A stretch of DNA of 64,000 nucleotides from Carcharhinus amblyrhynchos (lineage: Eukaryota), in NCBI GenBank assembly GCA_965287045.1, contig OZ336870.1, positions 133,672,001 through 133,736,000 of the forward strand. The letters run 5' to 3'. Both the position numbers and the translations under genes were made by a program. Positions 1-13,229 of the stretch are shown piece after piece. The notes under the pieces were generated by a model. It was not told the DNA's origin, did not search any database, and worked only from the letters and a program-made list of their open reading frames with translations. How positions within the stretch are numbered: the stretch's first letter is position 1; each line of letters starts with the position of its first letter.

Positions 1-344
1 ACTTATTCTTCTTTCTTCCCAATCTGTCCCCTTTTTTTTTCAGCAGTTACATACTTATGTTGTTCCAACATGATTTAGGACTCATGTAGATTACTGTTAA
101 GACTGGCACATCACTTCAGTGCAGCACAGTCTGTGTAGTGTGCAGCACATGGAAGGATCGGAGAAATATTTCTGATGTTGTTCCTGAATTTTGATAGCTT
201 GATCATTTTGAACTTCTGGGAACTAAAAGACAGAACAGGTTGCTGTGAGTAAAACTGTGACCTTATTGGAGGGTTCCCTGCTATCCCATAGTTGCCCTTC
301 TCCCCTCTATGCCATTCAGCATTATTGTCAGGGTGCCCTTGGTG

Positions 345-645
345 AAGCATGAAGAAGGCTTATAGTGTATTAGTGTTTATTATCAGGGGGTTTGAGTTTA
401 AGAGCCGTGGGTTATGCTGCAACTATACCGGACGTTGGTGAGACCACATTTGGAATATTTGTGTTCAGTTCTGGTCACCTCACTATAAGAAGGATGTGGA
501 ATCATGGGAGAGAGTGCAGAGGATATTTACCAGGATGCTGCCTGGTTTGGAGGTAGGTCTTATGAAAAAAGGTTGAGGGAGCTGGGGCTTTTCTCTTTAG
601 AGCGGAGGAGGATGAGAGGCGACTTAATAGAGATTTATAAGATTT
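345..645 (+). mobile_element. CR1 LINE ORF2 3' fragment
   Basis: Encodes SYEKRLRELGLFSLERRRMRGDLIEIYKI, typical CR1 C-terminus. Confidence 0.9.
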
Positions 646-911
646 ATGGCTTCCTGGCTGCCAACCTCCTGGGCTTGACTATGAGTAAGTGCTGTGGAGC
701 CATTTAAATGCACTTAATTAAAGTCATCAGATGTCCGCAGGACAGCAAACTAGATGCTACGTCCCAGAGATGTGGTGTTTTTTGCACGTGGGGAAATTTT
801 TTTCAGAGTGCCTAAAAATTGTGGTCCAGATCACAGTGCCAAGGCCAGAAGAACTTGCACCGGTTTTCGCGCAAAATGGCACTTAGTCACATTTTGAGAA
901 AACTTCACCCT

Positions 912-1250
912 CTGGGTGCTGACAGCATCCAATCTATTGTCTTGACTTGTACTCCAGAACTAGCTGCAGCTTTCGCCAAGATGTTCCAGCATAGCTAGAA
1001 CACAGATATCTACCCAGTAATGTGGAAAATTGCCAAGATGTGTGCTGCCCACAAAATATAGGTCAAACTAAATCCAACCAATTACCCCATCAGTTTACCA
1101 CCAAGGGCAATGTTGGCACTTAGTCAACAACAACTTGCCCATATCATTCAGTTTGGGTTCCACCAGGGCCACTCAACTCCAAACCTCATTGTAGGTTCAA
1201 GCATGGACAATCGGGCTAAATTCAACAGGTAATCTGAGAGGCATAGCCTG
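912..1250 (+). mobile_element. Degraded CR1/L2-clade LINE RT fragment
   Basis: Remnants of CAPELA..YPVMWKIA..NPTNYP and QFGFHQGHST. Confidence 0.75.
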
Positions 1251-1623
1251 TATTAGTACTGCAGCAGCATAATTGCTCCTAATTCTAGAGTATTTGCTTT
1301 AGTCTGGACTAATGCTGTTCTGTCGTTTTTAGTGATTTCCCCTGGGGTTTTACAGAGTGGGGCTTGATTAGATTGATTGAGATGGCCCACCTCACTCTCA
1401 GCACAGGCCCACTCCTGCTCCTCCTGTGTGAGCCCCAGGATTGTCTCCTCATTCAAAGTCAGAATCCTTGGTTCAGCCATTCCACTGCCTGCCTTCTCTC
1501 ACTCTCCGATTGTGGGCTACCTTCTCCTGCAGGGACGCTAAAAGAGATAATGTGAACTGGAGACATGGCAGGTCAGAGGTCGATGGCAACTAGCATGTTT
1601 GGGTACTGTGCCTAAACAGGAAA

Positions 1624-1890
1624 GGGGAGCATGGTGGCACAATGATTGGCATTGCTGCCTTGCTGGTCCAAGGACCTGAGTTTGATTTTGGCCTTGGGTG
1701 ACCTTATGGAGTTTGCATGTTCTCCCTGTGTCTGTGTGGGTTTCTTCTGGGTGCTCTGGTTTCCTCCCACAGTCCAAAGATGTGCAGGTTAGATGGATTA
1801 GCCATGGTAAATGTGCAGGGTCATGGGAATAAGGTGGGACTTGATAAGATGCTCTTTTGGAGAGTTGATGCAATCTTGAATGGCGAAATG
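1624..1890 (+). mobile_element. HE1-type tRNA-derived SINE
   Basis: A/B-box head plus V-domain GTGTCTGTGTGGGTTTCTTCTGGGTGCTCTGGTTTCCTCCCACAGTCCAAAGA. Confidence 0.9.
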
Positions 1891-2289
1891 TGACACATCA
1901 CTGGGGTTGTGATGGTGTGTTTTGATCGTCTCCAATCTCTCATGATCAAGGTCAATTGGATGGGCTATGTCCACCTTGAGGGCTGTTGGATCCTCAATGG
2001 CAGACACTGGGGTCTGCCAACTTATGCAGATGCAGTCCCTCTCGATCCTGTGCACCTAAGTATTTATCCTTGAACCATGTTATCACCGCTATTCTCAACT
2101 TTGAGAAACTGGGCAGCTGATTTTTTTTTAAATTGCTTAAGGGTGAACTGATGAGAGCACAGTTAATTTCTGCATGAGGGATAAGCAAGACTAATAGGCA
2201 CTGTTCTTACTCAGGCTGCATCATCCTGAGATCTCATTGCTATCAGGCCTTTACACTTTACACTCCTGGATTCCACATTTTTTAAAATA

Positions 2290-3340
2290 ATTGCCCTTCA
2301 CCACACCCTTTTGTACAGGGTTGTGTATGCAGGCCATGGCACTTACTCTCCAAACCAGGTTGTCTCAACAGTGTTTTGTGCCTGTGGTGAGATGTCCAAT
2401 ACCTTTAAAGTAACCAGTGGCAAAAAGCACAAAAGTGTCATGGCTCCCTAACTCTTCAATCTATTTATTGCTGCAATGATTTAGGAAGTTACCAGAGATA
2501 TGCCTGCAGACAACAACCTTGGTTCTAATCAAGGAAGCCTTTCAATCTCTCCAGACTACATGCCTCCACCAAAATTACAGAGGAATATTCAGAGAGCTCC
2601 TGTGTTTATATTACTGTGCCCTTGCTGCACACATAAGGAAGACATCCAGACTATGACAAACAACTTTTCCAGTTCCAAAAATGTTGGTCTCCAAATATGT
2701 TTCAAGACTGAGGTTTTGTTTCAGCCAGTGTCAATACATGCTATCAAACACTAAACATAACCTTTGATTGCATTTGTCCCAGGTTGTGGAAAAATTCTCA
2801 TACTTCAGCAGTGCACATCTTGGGAGTGCCATTATTGATGAAGGTATCAATGTACCCATTCAGAAAACAAGTTCTGCCCATGGCCAACTTCAATGTGTTC
2901 CTGGAACAGCGTAACAAGCTGAAGGCTAAAATCAAACTGTGCTGGGCCCATGTCCTCACCACCTCTCTGTTTGGTTCAAAATTCTGGGTCTGCTATCGGT
3001 GGTACATTAAAACTCTGGAATGCTTCCACCAAGGACACCTGGTGCTCAACATGAGAATTTGATGGCAGAATTAAATTCACAACCAACAAGGTCCTTCATC
3101 ATGCTGACCTTAACAGGATGGCGATCACTGCAGAAAATTAAGCTCAAACAAGCAGGCTATATCTCCAGTATGGAGATATAAGCACATTTTCTGTGGGGAA
3201 CTGTCTCAAGGCAAACAAGATCAGGGCAGTCAGATATAAATGATACCCTAATAAAGAGCCTTGCAGACTTCTGCATTGCAGACCCCCTTTCTGGAGAAAG
3301 CTGCAGCCAAACAGGCCACATGGAACCCAGCACTGAAATT
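2290..3340 (+). mobile_element. Degraded RTE-clade LINE
   Basis: Remnants of VTSG-KQ-CV-AP-LFNLFIAAM and LFGSKFWVCYRWYIKTLECFHQ (RTE LYGSETW..ERFHQ). Confidence 0.75.
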
Positions 3341-3357
3341 TGGTTCAGTGTGCTTTA

Positions 3358-3690
3358 GGAGTGATGTGATACCTTTGTTACTGGACTAGTAATCCAGAGA
3401 CCCGAATTTGAATCCCACCATCACAGATGGTAAAATTTGATCTTCATGATGCCCAAGAAGCCATTGTCAATTATTATTGAAACCTTCCTGGTTCACTATC
3501 GTTCTTTAGGGAAAGAAATCTGCCATCCTTACCTGGTCTAGCCTACATGTGACTCCTGACCCACAGTAGTGTAGTTGACTCTTAACTGCCTCTTGGAATG
3601 CCCTAGAAAGCCATTCAGTTCAAGGGGGATTAAGGATGGGTGATAAGTGCTGGCTTGGCCACATCCACACCCCGTAAGTGATTTTTTTGA
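3358..3690 (+). mobile_element. tRNA-derived SINE with LINE-like 3' tail
   Basis: CTGGACTAGTAATCCAGAGACC head; tail similar to the LINE 3' ends at ~47630 and ~62830; partial reverse copy at 7225-7412. Confidence 0.75.
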
Positions 3691-3983
3691 AACTTGCCAC
3701 ATGCCCAGACAAAAGCCAGAAGTGTGTAAGTGCAGAAGATCTCTCAAATAGCAGCAAAGGCATGAGCTATTTTGTGAAAGTCAGTGTCAATCTTGCATTG
3801 TCATGAGAGGACCCACAGAAGATCATGAAGTCACACAGCTTGGACATATTCAAACACCATGTAACCATTAAAGCCATAATGGTACGTGGACATTCAGCAA
3901 ATGGAAAATAATCTTAAATTTGGGGGACATTGAAGAAGAATTCTATTCAGTCAGGGATAAGCAAGTGCTTGACTGGGGAGGCA

Positions 3984-6450
3984 TAAGAACATAAGAAATA
4001 GGAGCAGGAGTAGACCATCTAGCCCTTCGAGCCTGCCCCACCATTCAATAAGATCATGGCTGATCTGTCGTGGCTCAGTTCCACATTCCCGCCCTCTCCC
4101 CATAACCCTTAATCTCCTCTCTTATCAAAAACCCATCAACCCGCTTCTTAAAAATATTTAGCGAGGTAGCCTCCACCACTTCAACAGGCAGAGAATTCCA
4201 GAGATGCACCACCCTTTGAGTGAAGAAATTCTTCCTCAACTCCGTTCTAAACTGCCCCCCCCCCCCCCTTTATCTTGAGGCTGTGCCCCCTAGTCCTACT
4301 GTCCTTTCTGAGCGGGAAGAGTCTCTCCACCTCTATCCTATCCATCCCATTCATCATCTTATACGTCTCAATGAGATCTCCCCTCATTCTTCTAAACTCT
4401 AACGAGTACAAGCCTAGTTTATTCAGCCTCTCCTCATAGCTCAACCCCTTCAACTCCGGTATCAGCCTAGTAAACCTCCTCTGCACTCCTTCCAAGGCCA
4501 AAATATCCTTGCGTAAGTACGGCGCCCAAAACTGCACACAGTACTCCCCTATTGGCTCAAGGTGCCCCAAGTTCCCATCTCCTCTACTCCCCATCTAACA
4601 ATGTCTCCTGTTATCACAAGAGTGCATTAGTAAACTCATCCATCTTATCCAACACTGTTACATGTCCAGTTCAGATTGGCGGTAATCAATCCTTTGCCAA
4701 CTTAATCACTGCTATCCCGACTATCTCAGTGACCTTTTCCCCCTTTTATGCTTAGTTGTAAAAACAACACATCTTGCAGACCATTTGCTTTTTGTAACTT
4801 GGGCCTCTTACATTCCTTCAGGATGTGGTGTATGCTTCACTGCACATCACACCTCTGATGTTATCTCCACATCACAGGCAGTCTTTTTATTATCCCTAAC
4901 TATTGCCGTGTTAGCAGCATCGAACCTTATGTCCTATGTTTGTGACTAAACTCACAGTTGTTTCCATAATGTGGGTTATCAATGTGCCTGGCTATATCCA
5001 GTCTACCTAACTTTAAGCTATTTCTCTATGCTGTACAGATATATGTGTTAACAGCATCTTTACCTATTGCTCACAAACGCCTTCTGAAAATCAAGAAACA
5101 CCACATCCACCGGCTCTCCTCTGTCCACCGCCCTAGACACATCCTCATAGAACTCCAGTAAATTTGTCAGACACGACTTCCCCTTAATGAAACCGTGCTG
5201 CGTCTGCTCTATCAAGCAATTCCCCTCAAGATGCCTCGCTATTTCCTCCTTGATGACGGATTCTAACATTTTACCTACAACAGACGTTAAACTAACCGGC
5301 CTATAATTCCCTGCCTTTTGCCTGGCACCCTTCTTAAACAACGGCGTAACATTAGCCGTTTTCCAATCTTCCGGCACTTCCCCGGAATCCAGCGACGTTT
5401 GGAAAATAGCCACCAAGGCATCCGCTATCACCTCCGCCATTTCTTTCAGAACCCTCGGATGCATTCCATCCGGTCCTGGGGACTTGTCCACAATCAGTCC
5501 CTCCAGTCTGTCGAGCACCTCCTCTCTAGTAACAATAATGTCATTGAGACCCTCCAGTCCTACCACCTTTCCATCTCTAACACCCGGCAAATTATTCACA
5601 TCCTCCTCCGTGAAGACCGAAACAAAAAAGTTATTCAAGACCTCAGCCATTTCCCCATCCCCTACCACTAAGTCCCCCTTCTCATCCTCTAAGGGTCCAA
5701 CGTTCACCCTAGCCAGCCTCTTCCTTTTTATATATTTATAAAAACTCTTGCTGTCCTTTTTTATATTAAGCGCTAGCCCAGCTTCATAGTTTCTCCTACC
5801 CTTCTTTATCAAATTCTTTGTCAATCTTTGTTGACATTTAAACCTCTCCCAATCCTCTTCTCGCCCACTACTCTTAGCTACTCTAAACGCCTCCGCTTTT
5901 AATTTAACACTTTCCTTCACCTCCTTCGTTATCCACGGCTTATTACCTCTCCTCCTATGGTCCTTTTTGACCATTGGAATAAATTTCTGCTGAGCACCGA
6001 GAAAGATCTCCTTAAAGATCCTCCACTGCTCCTCAGCAGACCTACCTTCCAACGCGCTCCCCCAGTCCACATTCGCCAATTCTTCTCTCATCCTACCGTA
6101 CTCCCCTCTGTTCAACCAAAGGATGCGTGTCCGGGAACCCACTTTCTCCTCCTCCATCTGCACCAGAAACTCCACCATACAATGATCACTCTCCCCAAGA
6201 GGATCCTTCACCGCAAGGTCCCTAATTCTACCCGCCTCATTACATAACACCAGATCCAAGATGGCTCGCTCCCTCGTCGACTCCAACACACACTGTTCAA
6301 GGAAACTATCCCAGCAGCATTCCAAGAACTCCTCCTCGAGCCCACCGCGTCCAACATGGGTCAACCAATCAATATGCAGATTGAAATCCCCCATAATTAC
6401 GGCCGTCCCATTCCTGCACGCCGCACTTATTTGCGCGTTAACAGCCCCTC
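3984..6450 (-). mobile_element. Young CR1 LINE: intact 444-aa ORF2 segment (5060-6394; endonuclease end to RT DFQKAF) plus 3' end 3984-4548; middle 4549-5073 unrecognisable
   Basis: MGDFN, SDH, KSPGPDG, NYRPVSLT, QHGF, DFQKAF; CpG-rich; 3' tail repeat ATAAGAAC. Confidence 0.95.
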
Positions 6451-6859
6451 ATAGAGTGCAAATAAAATGATGCCATAGCAAAAGACCATTGCATAAAGCC
6501 TTCCTGCTGTAGTACACTGAGGGTTCGGAAACTGTAAAACCCCTGAATTGTATGTTTGACATGAAATTAATATTGTAAATATAAGCTATGGTTGTAATGA
6601 GGCATATTGGACTGCCACATACTGTATTGAAAAAAAAAATTGTTCAATTTTATGTAAAATCAACTTTGAGCTGTAACGCAATGTATTATGTATATTTTAC
6701 GAAATAATGAACAAAATGGCTTCAAGAGTGGCAATTTATGCTGGAATGGAAGATTTGAGGAGCAAAACAGTGATGGAGCACTAGAGAATGATAACATAAG
6801 TGAGTTGAGGAAGTTTTTGAGGTAAAGAGGAATGTGACACTATTTCTTCCCTGAATCTG

Positions 6860-6983
6860 ACTGAGTAGGGTTCCATTCGTAGACATGCAGGGTAGAATAG
6901 GTGTAGGGTGATGCGGCGGCGCGGGCTCGTTGGGCCGAAGGGCCTGTTTCCCGTGCTGGGTTGTTCTTTGTTCTTTGTTCTTT
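6860..6983 (+). mobile_element. CR1 3' end
   Basis: TGGGCCGAAGGGCCTGTT followed by (TGTTCTT)n. Confidence 0.85.
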
Positions 6984-7224
6984 CTTCTTTGATGGTGGAG
7001 AGATTTGAAATTGAGAACGAAAATTGGCATGAGAGGCCAATGAAACTTGATAAGGATGGGAATGATGGAAATAGACTTTAGTGTAAGTGAGAATACCTGT
7101 TACAACATCTGGATGTCTAGGAATGGTAGACGCAGTAGATCAGTAAGGTGAATACTGGGAAATTCAGCTGCTAAGTGGTAGAGCCATGAAGTTGAAAATT
7201 ACCCTCATGGTTTCACATTGATTG

Positions 7225-7412
7225 ACAAGGGCAACAATCAACAATGGTTTCATGGCCACCATTATTGAGACTAGCTTTTCAATTCCAGATTATTAATTGA
7301 ATTTAAATTCCACCAACTGCAGTGGTGGAATTTGAACCCATGTCTCCAGAGCATTAACCTAGTCCTTTGGATTACAAGTCCAATGACTACATAGGTTACT
7401 ATGCCACTGTCT
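7225..7412 (-). mobile_element. Partial tRNA-derived SINE (same family as 3358-3690)
   Basis: Reverse complement of the head region. Confidence 0.7.
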
Positions 7413-8269
7413 CTCTTTTCTGTAAAAATAATCATTTTTGCCATCGTTTATTTCAGTAAAGGCACAGGTTGTGACCCCCTTCTTCCATTTGAAGATGGCA
7501 TATATTTAATCTAAAACAGCATTGCCCTAGTTCTCATGCATGCTGTTGCATAGAATCCTCAAGCACAATACCCAAAAGTTAAAAGCCAATGCCACCATAG
7601 TCCCAGATTACCTTAGGTTGCTCTCCCCTTGAAGGTTGGGGGAGAGTTGACTAGTGATGATTTGACTTGAGAATCACCACACCTCAAGAAAGCAGCAAGA
7701 TTGAGAAGGCTGCACCCTGATGATTAATCTCAACACCATGTACAAAGAGGAAATTAAAGGGAATGGATTTTGTTGGATGGTTGCTGCATATCTATACCTG
7801 TATTAATGTCTCTGCTTCTTCTTGGTGTTGCTCTAAGGTATATGTTGTCTTATTGGTTAAATGATAATAGTGGAAGGACCAACAGTTGGTGCTGAGAGCT
7901 CTGACCCTTTTTAGATGGTGATAGGTCTCCTGGATGCATGTGTCCCTGCAATAGGTGGAGGCATAGACTACCGATGTATGCCAACTTTCTGATAGCTCCT
8001 CAATTTGTTAATGTAAATGGCCCAAATAATTTGTAAGTGGTCCCCTTCAAAGAACAGTGCTTTGGGAGCCCTTTCCTACTGTCCCCTTGATGATAAACCT
8101 CTTTTGGTGTCCCCACAATGTTCATGAGTGCTGTAGGTTGTCTCTGATCTGGGTGAAGCCTGGTGTCAGCACTTTATCCAAACTATGACAAAGCATATCA
8201 AAGTTGGCAGTGACAATGATGGTAATATGTTCAAATCGCCTCAGAGGCAATTATCATGGTGAGTGTAAG

Positions 8270-8498
8270 AGAACTCTATACACTCAGAGGGTGGTGAGTG
8301 AATGGAATCAGCTGCTGTCAGTGGTGGTGGAGGCGAACTCGCTGGGGTCTTTTAAAAGACTTCTGGATGAGTATATGGGATTTAATGGGATTGGAGGTTA
8401 TAGATAGGTCTATGGATTGGTAGGTGTTGATGTGATCGGCGCAACTCGTGGGCCGAAGGGCCTGTTTGTGCTGTAGTGTTCTATGTTCTATGTTCTAT
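8270..8498 (+). mobile_element. CR1 3' end
   Basis: TQRVVSEWNQL..SFKRLLDEYM, GGGCCGAAGGGCCTG, (TGTTCTA)n tail. Confidence 0.9.
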
Positions 8499-8650
8499 AC
8501 TATGTTTGTTCACTCGCACCTTGGAGAGCCATACCAGAATGATATTCCCTTCATGGTACAATGTGTTTCGATAACTGAACTTACGTCTTTGGTGTTTTGC
8601 TGCAAATTCTCCCACAGCTTCTGCAAACTGCTTTTAGTTGGCTTATTCAA

Positions 8651-9949
8651 CAAGTGCTAATTCAACAATTTTTGTAGCAATATATTAGGGCTCCTTTTTT
8701 ACTAATTTTATGAAAGATGTGTCTAGCACATAGCAGCACATTGCAGAATGGCTCAGGGACTGAAGGAGAGTGTGCACAGGTTCTTAGATTCAGCACTGGA
8801 GGTCCTCATATAGATCCTCAAAGTGAAAGAATATCCCATACGCAGAGTATGTTGCTCTCTTGTTACCTCTTTCCTGTAGTAATTGATGTCCTGTCCCATG
8901 TCCTTGTCCCATTCTTCATTCAGAGTAAAGGGGAACACAGCAAAATGTAAATAACCTGTAAAATTCTGTAAACCTTCAGTGTTCCCACATGAACTTCTTT
9001 CTGAAGGCAGATTCTGTAGAACATCAGTTTTTGTAGTTTCAGATCCCTCTCATTAATAAACATGCTATGTTACTGTTATCACCTTTAGTGTGAGTGATTT
9101 GTGAAAAGCTTGTGCTGCATGCAGCTTCTGTAGAAATAAGGGTGACGTGGGGGATGATTTTCACTGAATACTTGAAGTGCTAAAGAGTCTCTGGGGTGAC
9201 CAACTTGGTGTCTTAAGCTACGACATCAGTTTAGCCCATGTTTAGCAGAAGATGTAATCTTGGTAAAAGCCTGCATTAGGAACAGGCACCTGAAGACTCC
9301 GTAAACATTTACAATATTTTCTGTGCTCATTAAAGCGGGTGCTCAGTATTTAGTACAGTGAAGATTTGCCTTAGCGCCCCCTCCTAGCAGTGACTAGCAA
9401 ATTCGGCATTGGAGCTGATTTCAAGTGCTACTTAAAGAGGTACTCGTCAGTTCATGCTCTTTGTTACTGGAGCTGTAAAGAAGACTCCAGAACACATTGA
9501 GAGACTTTTTAGAGCACTTTGTCAAAATTTTACCAACATTTTTGCCAAAAATCTCTAAGGACTGTACTTAAAAGGATGAATACTCCATTGCTCCACTGTG
9601 TTGGACACCTTATAGGAGTCAGCAGGAGAATAGGAGCACTTAAGATTATTGACATTTTGCTGTGTTCCCCTTTACTCTGAATGAAGAATGGGACAAGGAC
9701 ATGGGACAGAACATCAATTACTACAGGAAGGAGGTAACAAGAGAGCAACATACTCTGCGTATGGGATATTCTTCCACTTTGAGGATCTATATGAGGACCT
9801 CCAGTGCTGAATCTAAGAACCTGTGCACACTCTCCTTCAGTCCCTGAACCATTCTGCAATGTGCTGCTATGTGCTAGACACATCTTTCATAAAATTAGCA
9901 AAAAAGGAGCATTAATATATTGCTACAAAAATTGTTGAATTAGCACTTG
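8651..9949. repeat. Long inverted repeat, arms 8651-8954 and 9646-9949
   Basis: ~300 bp arms nearly identical; mirrored ORFs 8717+/9883- and 8938-/9662+ in the ORF track. Confidence 0.97.
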
Positions 9950-10910
9950 AGTGCTAGACCTGTGGGTTTCTTATTTAGGCCTAACAGCAAGCTTAAGTTG
10001 CAGTAGCAATTAGCTAAAATGTGTGCTAAAATACAAAGAGATTAGTATGATGAGCGCTCCACTCATTTAGCATCTGCTTTCACCCATAGGCCAAAATAAC
10101 GCCCCATGGTATGTAGCTACCCAAGGAAAATGCAGTGTGACATCTTTGCAGTAAATTGTCAGTTACATTAAGGTCATATTTTGTATAATAGAACCAAGTG
10201 CACTTGTATATTAAAGTACATAAAGTGCATACGCTTACTTTTGCATTTCTTCTGTTGAAACAGATCTTCTCTTTCATTTTCTTGGTCCCTTGTGGGCAAA
10301 TTTTCTAGTTTTAGAAGGGACTGTCATTTTGTTCCGATTTGCTTTGGTGTACTGCTAATGTCAAGACCTCTCAGAGCTATCCAATGCAAATTTGGGCTAT
10401 TGTTTTCCCATTCCAACTCCTGCAGGGAACAATGCTGTGAACTCCCCTTTAAGAGTCAGCAGCAGTCCTTTAAGAGCTTCAGATTGGCTCAGTCTTCTTT
10501 GTCGACAGCTTACCAACCTGGAGGCTGTACTCCACACGTTTCCTATGTGCAGAAAACACGTTTAAAAAAGGGAAGGGATAAAAGTTGAAAATCTCTCGAA
10601 GCCAGTGTGGGCGTGCAGATATGATTTTTAATGACTCAGTCAACTGAACTTGTGCTCATCCTTTTCAACTGGAGCAAAGGCTGAAGAGTGTAGAGCTGGC
10701 TTTTTCAGTGCATATTCCGGAAAAACTTGTAATGTATGAAACAGATTAGCATGTCAAAATCTACCAAACACATTCTGTGTCACAAAATAAAGCATAGAGC
10801 AGATATTAATCTCACATTTATCTGAATCATTACTGATATAAAGATATGCTGATAATCCTATTTTCAGGTATTTCAGATAAAATTCTGTTAATATGTTGCA
10901 TTTCTTATAG

Positions 10911-11006
10911 AGTACTGGAGCCTCACGGGGAGATTTAGGTGTTCAGTTATTGGAAAGAACAAATGAAGGGGAAGTTAATCAAGAAAGGGATGAGGTTGAT
11001 CAACGC
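10911..11006 (+). CDS. Candidate exon of unidentified spliced gene (STGASRGDLG...DEVDQR), phase 0-0
   Basis: Acceptor tttcttatAG, donor GTGAGT, 96 nt open frame; phase matches the next exon. Confidence 0.5.
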
Positions 11007-11744
11007 GTGAGTATTTGACAAATAGCAGCAAATAGATTTTAAATTGTGAGCACTTTTGCAAAGTTCAAAGTGTTGATCCTTCCTTTTCCTCATTATTGAA
11101 CCAATGTGCTCATGACTACATGAATACTAATACTATCCACCAAAAAATCTGCAGATACAAATGGCCTGTGAAGGGAAGGATCATCTCTCTCAAAGGTAGA
11201 AAGATATCTGTGAAAAATAACCATATCTCTGCGAAGGGGAGGAATCTTTGCGACAGAAGGAAATCTCTGTGAAAGGAACCTAGTGTCAATGAAGGATTAT
11301 CCTGGTTGAAGGAAATGAATGTTTGTGATGGGAATGAGCACCATTACTAAGACAACTTGTTTTGAACCCAGTAACACTGCCTAACGCTTCTGACATTTCT
11401 GCTCTTTAGCAAGATTGTGGACCTTGTCCATTTCCTTTATCTCACTTCAGCTTTCAGGCTTTTCCTCCCAGATCTATAGTAGGATTCCCTTTCCCTTACC
11501 TTCCATCACTAAAAAAATTAGGAAGGAGCAAATATGAGGGTAACCAGTGAGAAACAAAGCATCAGACAATAAGAGCTTTTTATAAGTATATTAAAAGGAA
11601 GAGAAAGGTCAAAGAAAACATTGGCCTATTTGAGAATTAAACTGGGGAAGTACGTATGGGGAACACGAAAAGGCAGCGGAGTTAAATTGATACTTTGCAT
11701 CATTGTTCACTATACAGGATACCTGTTGTTGGGAGACACAGCTT

Positions 11745-11808
11745 CCCATGTCACGGATGCACCTGCCCATGTCATGGATGTACCTGCCCATGTCACTGAT
11801 GCAGCTAC
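11745..11808 (+). repeat. 21-bp tandem repeat x3
   Basis: CCCATGTCACGGATGCACCTG and two variants. Confidence 0.9.
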
Positions 11809-11819
11809 AACATTTTTTT

Positions 11820-12190
11820 GGGCGGCACGGTAGCACAGTGGTTAGCACTGCTGCTTCATAGCTCCAGGTTGATTCGACCCAGGTCGACCTGGGTTCGATT
11901 CCCGGCTCGGGTCACTGTCTGTGTGGAGTTTGCCCATTCTCCTCGTGTCTGCGTGGGTTTTGTCTGGGTGCTCCAGTTTCCTCCCACAGTCCAAAGATGT
12001 GCGGGTTAGGTTGATTGGCCATGCTAACAAATTGCCTCTTAGTGTTCTGGGGTGCATAGGTTAGAGGGATTAGTGGGTAAATGTGTAGGGATATGGGTGT
12101 AGGGCCTGGGTGGGATTGTGGTCAGTACAGACTCGATGGGCTCAAGGGCCTCTTTCTGCATTGTAGGGTTCTATTCTATGATGATTCTAC
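11820..12190 (+). mobile_element. Full-length HE1 SINE
   Basis: GGGCGGCACGGTAGCACAGTGGTTAGCACTG head, V-domain, CR1-like tail with TTCTATG repeats. Confidence 0.95.
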
Positions 12191-13229
12191 AATGTCTTAC
12201 ATTTTTTGTAAAAGTTTCTACATAATAAAACATCTCAGACTCCTCCTCTTCGCAGAGATACGGCTATTTTTCACAGATATGTTTCAACCTTTCACACAGA
12301 TGATCCTTCCCCTCACAGGCCATTTGTATCTGTGCAAATTTTTTGGTGGAACAATCCAAGATTAATCCCACTGCTCTCCCCATGGTCCTGTTTCTTCATC
12401 TGCTTTAAATATTTATCCATTTTTCCCTCAGATAATGTGATGGTTGCTATCTGAACAGATGGCAAGGCATTCCATGCTCCAACAACTCTCTCTATACAAG
12501 GGGATTTTTCTACACCTTCTCCTCACACTCTCAGTGGCAGTTTTAAATTGATGATCTCTGTTGTCAGTGAATCCCTAATGCTTCTGACATTTCTTCTTCT
12601 TTGGCAAGACTGTGGACCTTGTCCATTTCCTTTACCTCACTTCAGCTCTCAATCTTTTCCTCCGAGATCTATAATAGGATTCCCTTTCCCTCACCTTCCA
12701 CCACTAAAAAAATTAGGAAGGAGCAACTATGAGGCAAACTAGTGAAAAACAAAGCATCAGACAATAAGATTTTTTTATAAGTATATTAAAAGAAAGAGAG
12801 AGGTAAAAGAAAACATTGGCCCATTTGAGAATTAAACTGGGGAAGTACGTATGGGGAACAGAAAATGGCAGTGGAGTTAAATTGATATTTTGCATCAGTG
12901 TTCACTATACAGGATACGACAAGCATCCCAGAAATAGTAAAAAACATATGGGGAAGAAATAGTGTAATTTTAACCCCGGGAAACTGATGGGTTTTTCAGT
13001 GTGGGGGAGATGCCTCTCCGCTGAGGAGCTGGAGGTGCTTCTCTTGGCAGTCTGGATCGGTGTGTTTTGCAACATGCATAAATTTAAATGATTAAAAGTT
13101 GGAGAATCCCACCTGAGAGGCACTGCTAATGTCAGTGGGAAAGATCATGGTTTTCCCACTGGTGGCAGCATGTAGAATGCAGATGAGAGAATCATGCCTA
13201 GGTTTTTAAGCATTCTGGGTAGGGAACTG

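Larger units (their letters stand above)
11136..12350. repeat. Inverted duplication, 11136-11247 vs 12237-12350
   Basis: TCCACCAAAAAAT...GCGAAGGGGGAGGAATCT reappears reverse-complemented with moderate divergence. Confidence 0.85.

Noticed and set aside
11745-11808. CRISPR-like repeat
   Set aside because: Eukaryotic DNA and no spacers; a simple minisatellite.
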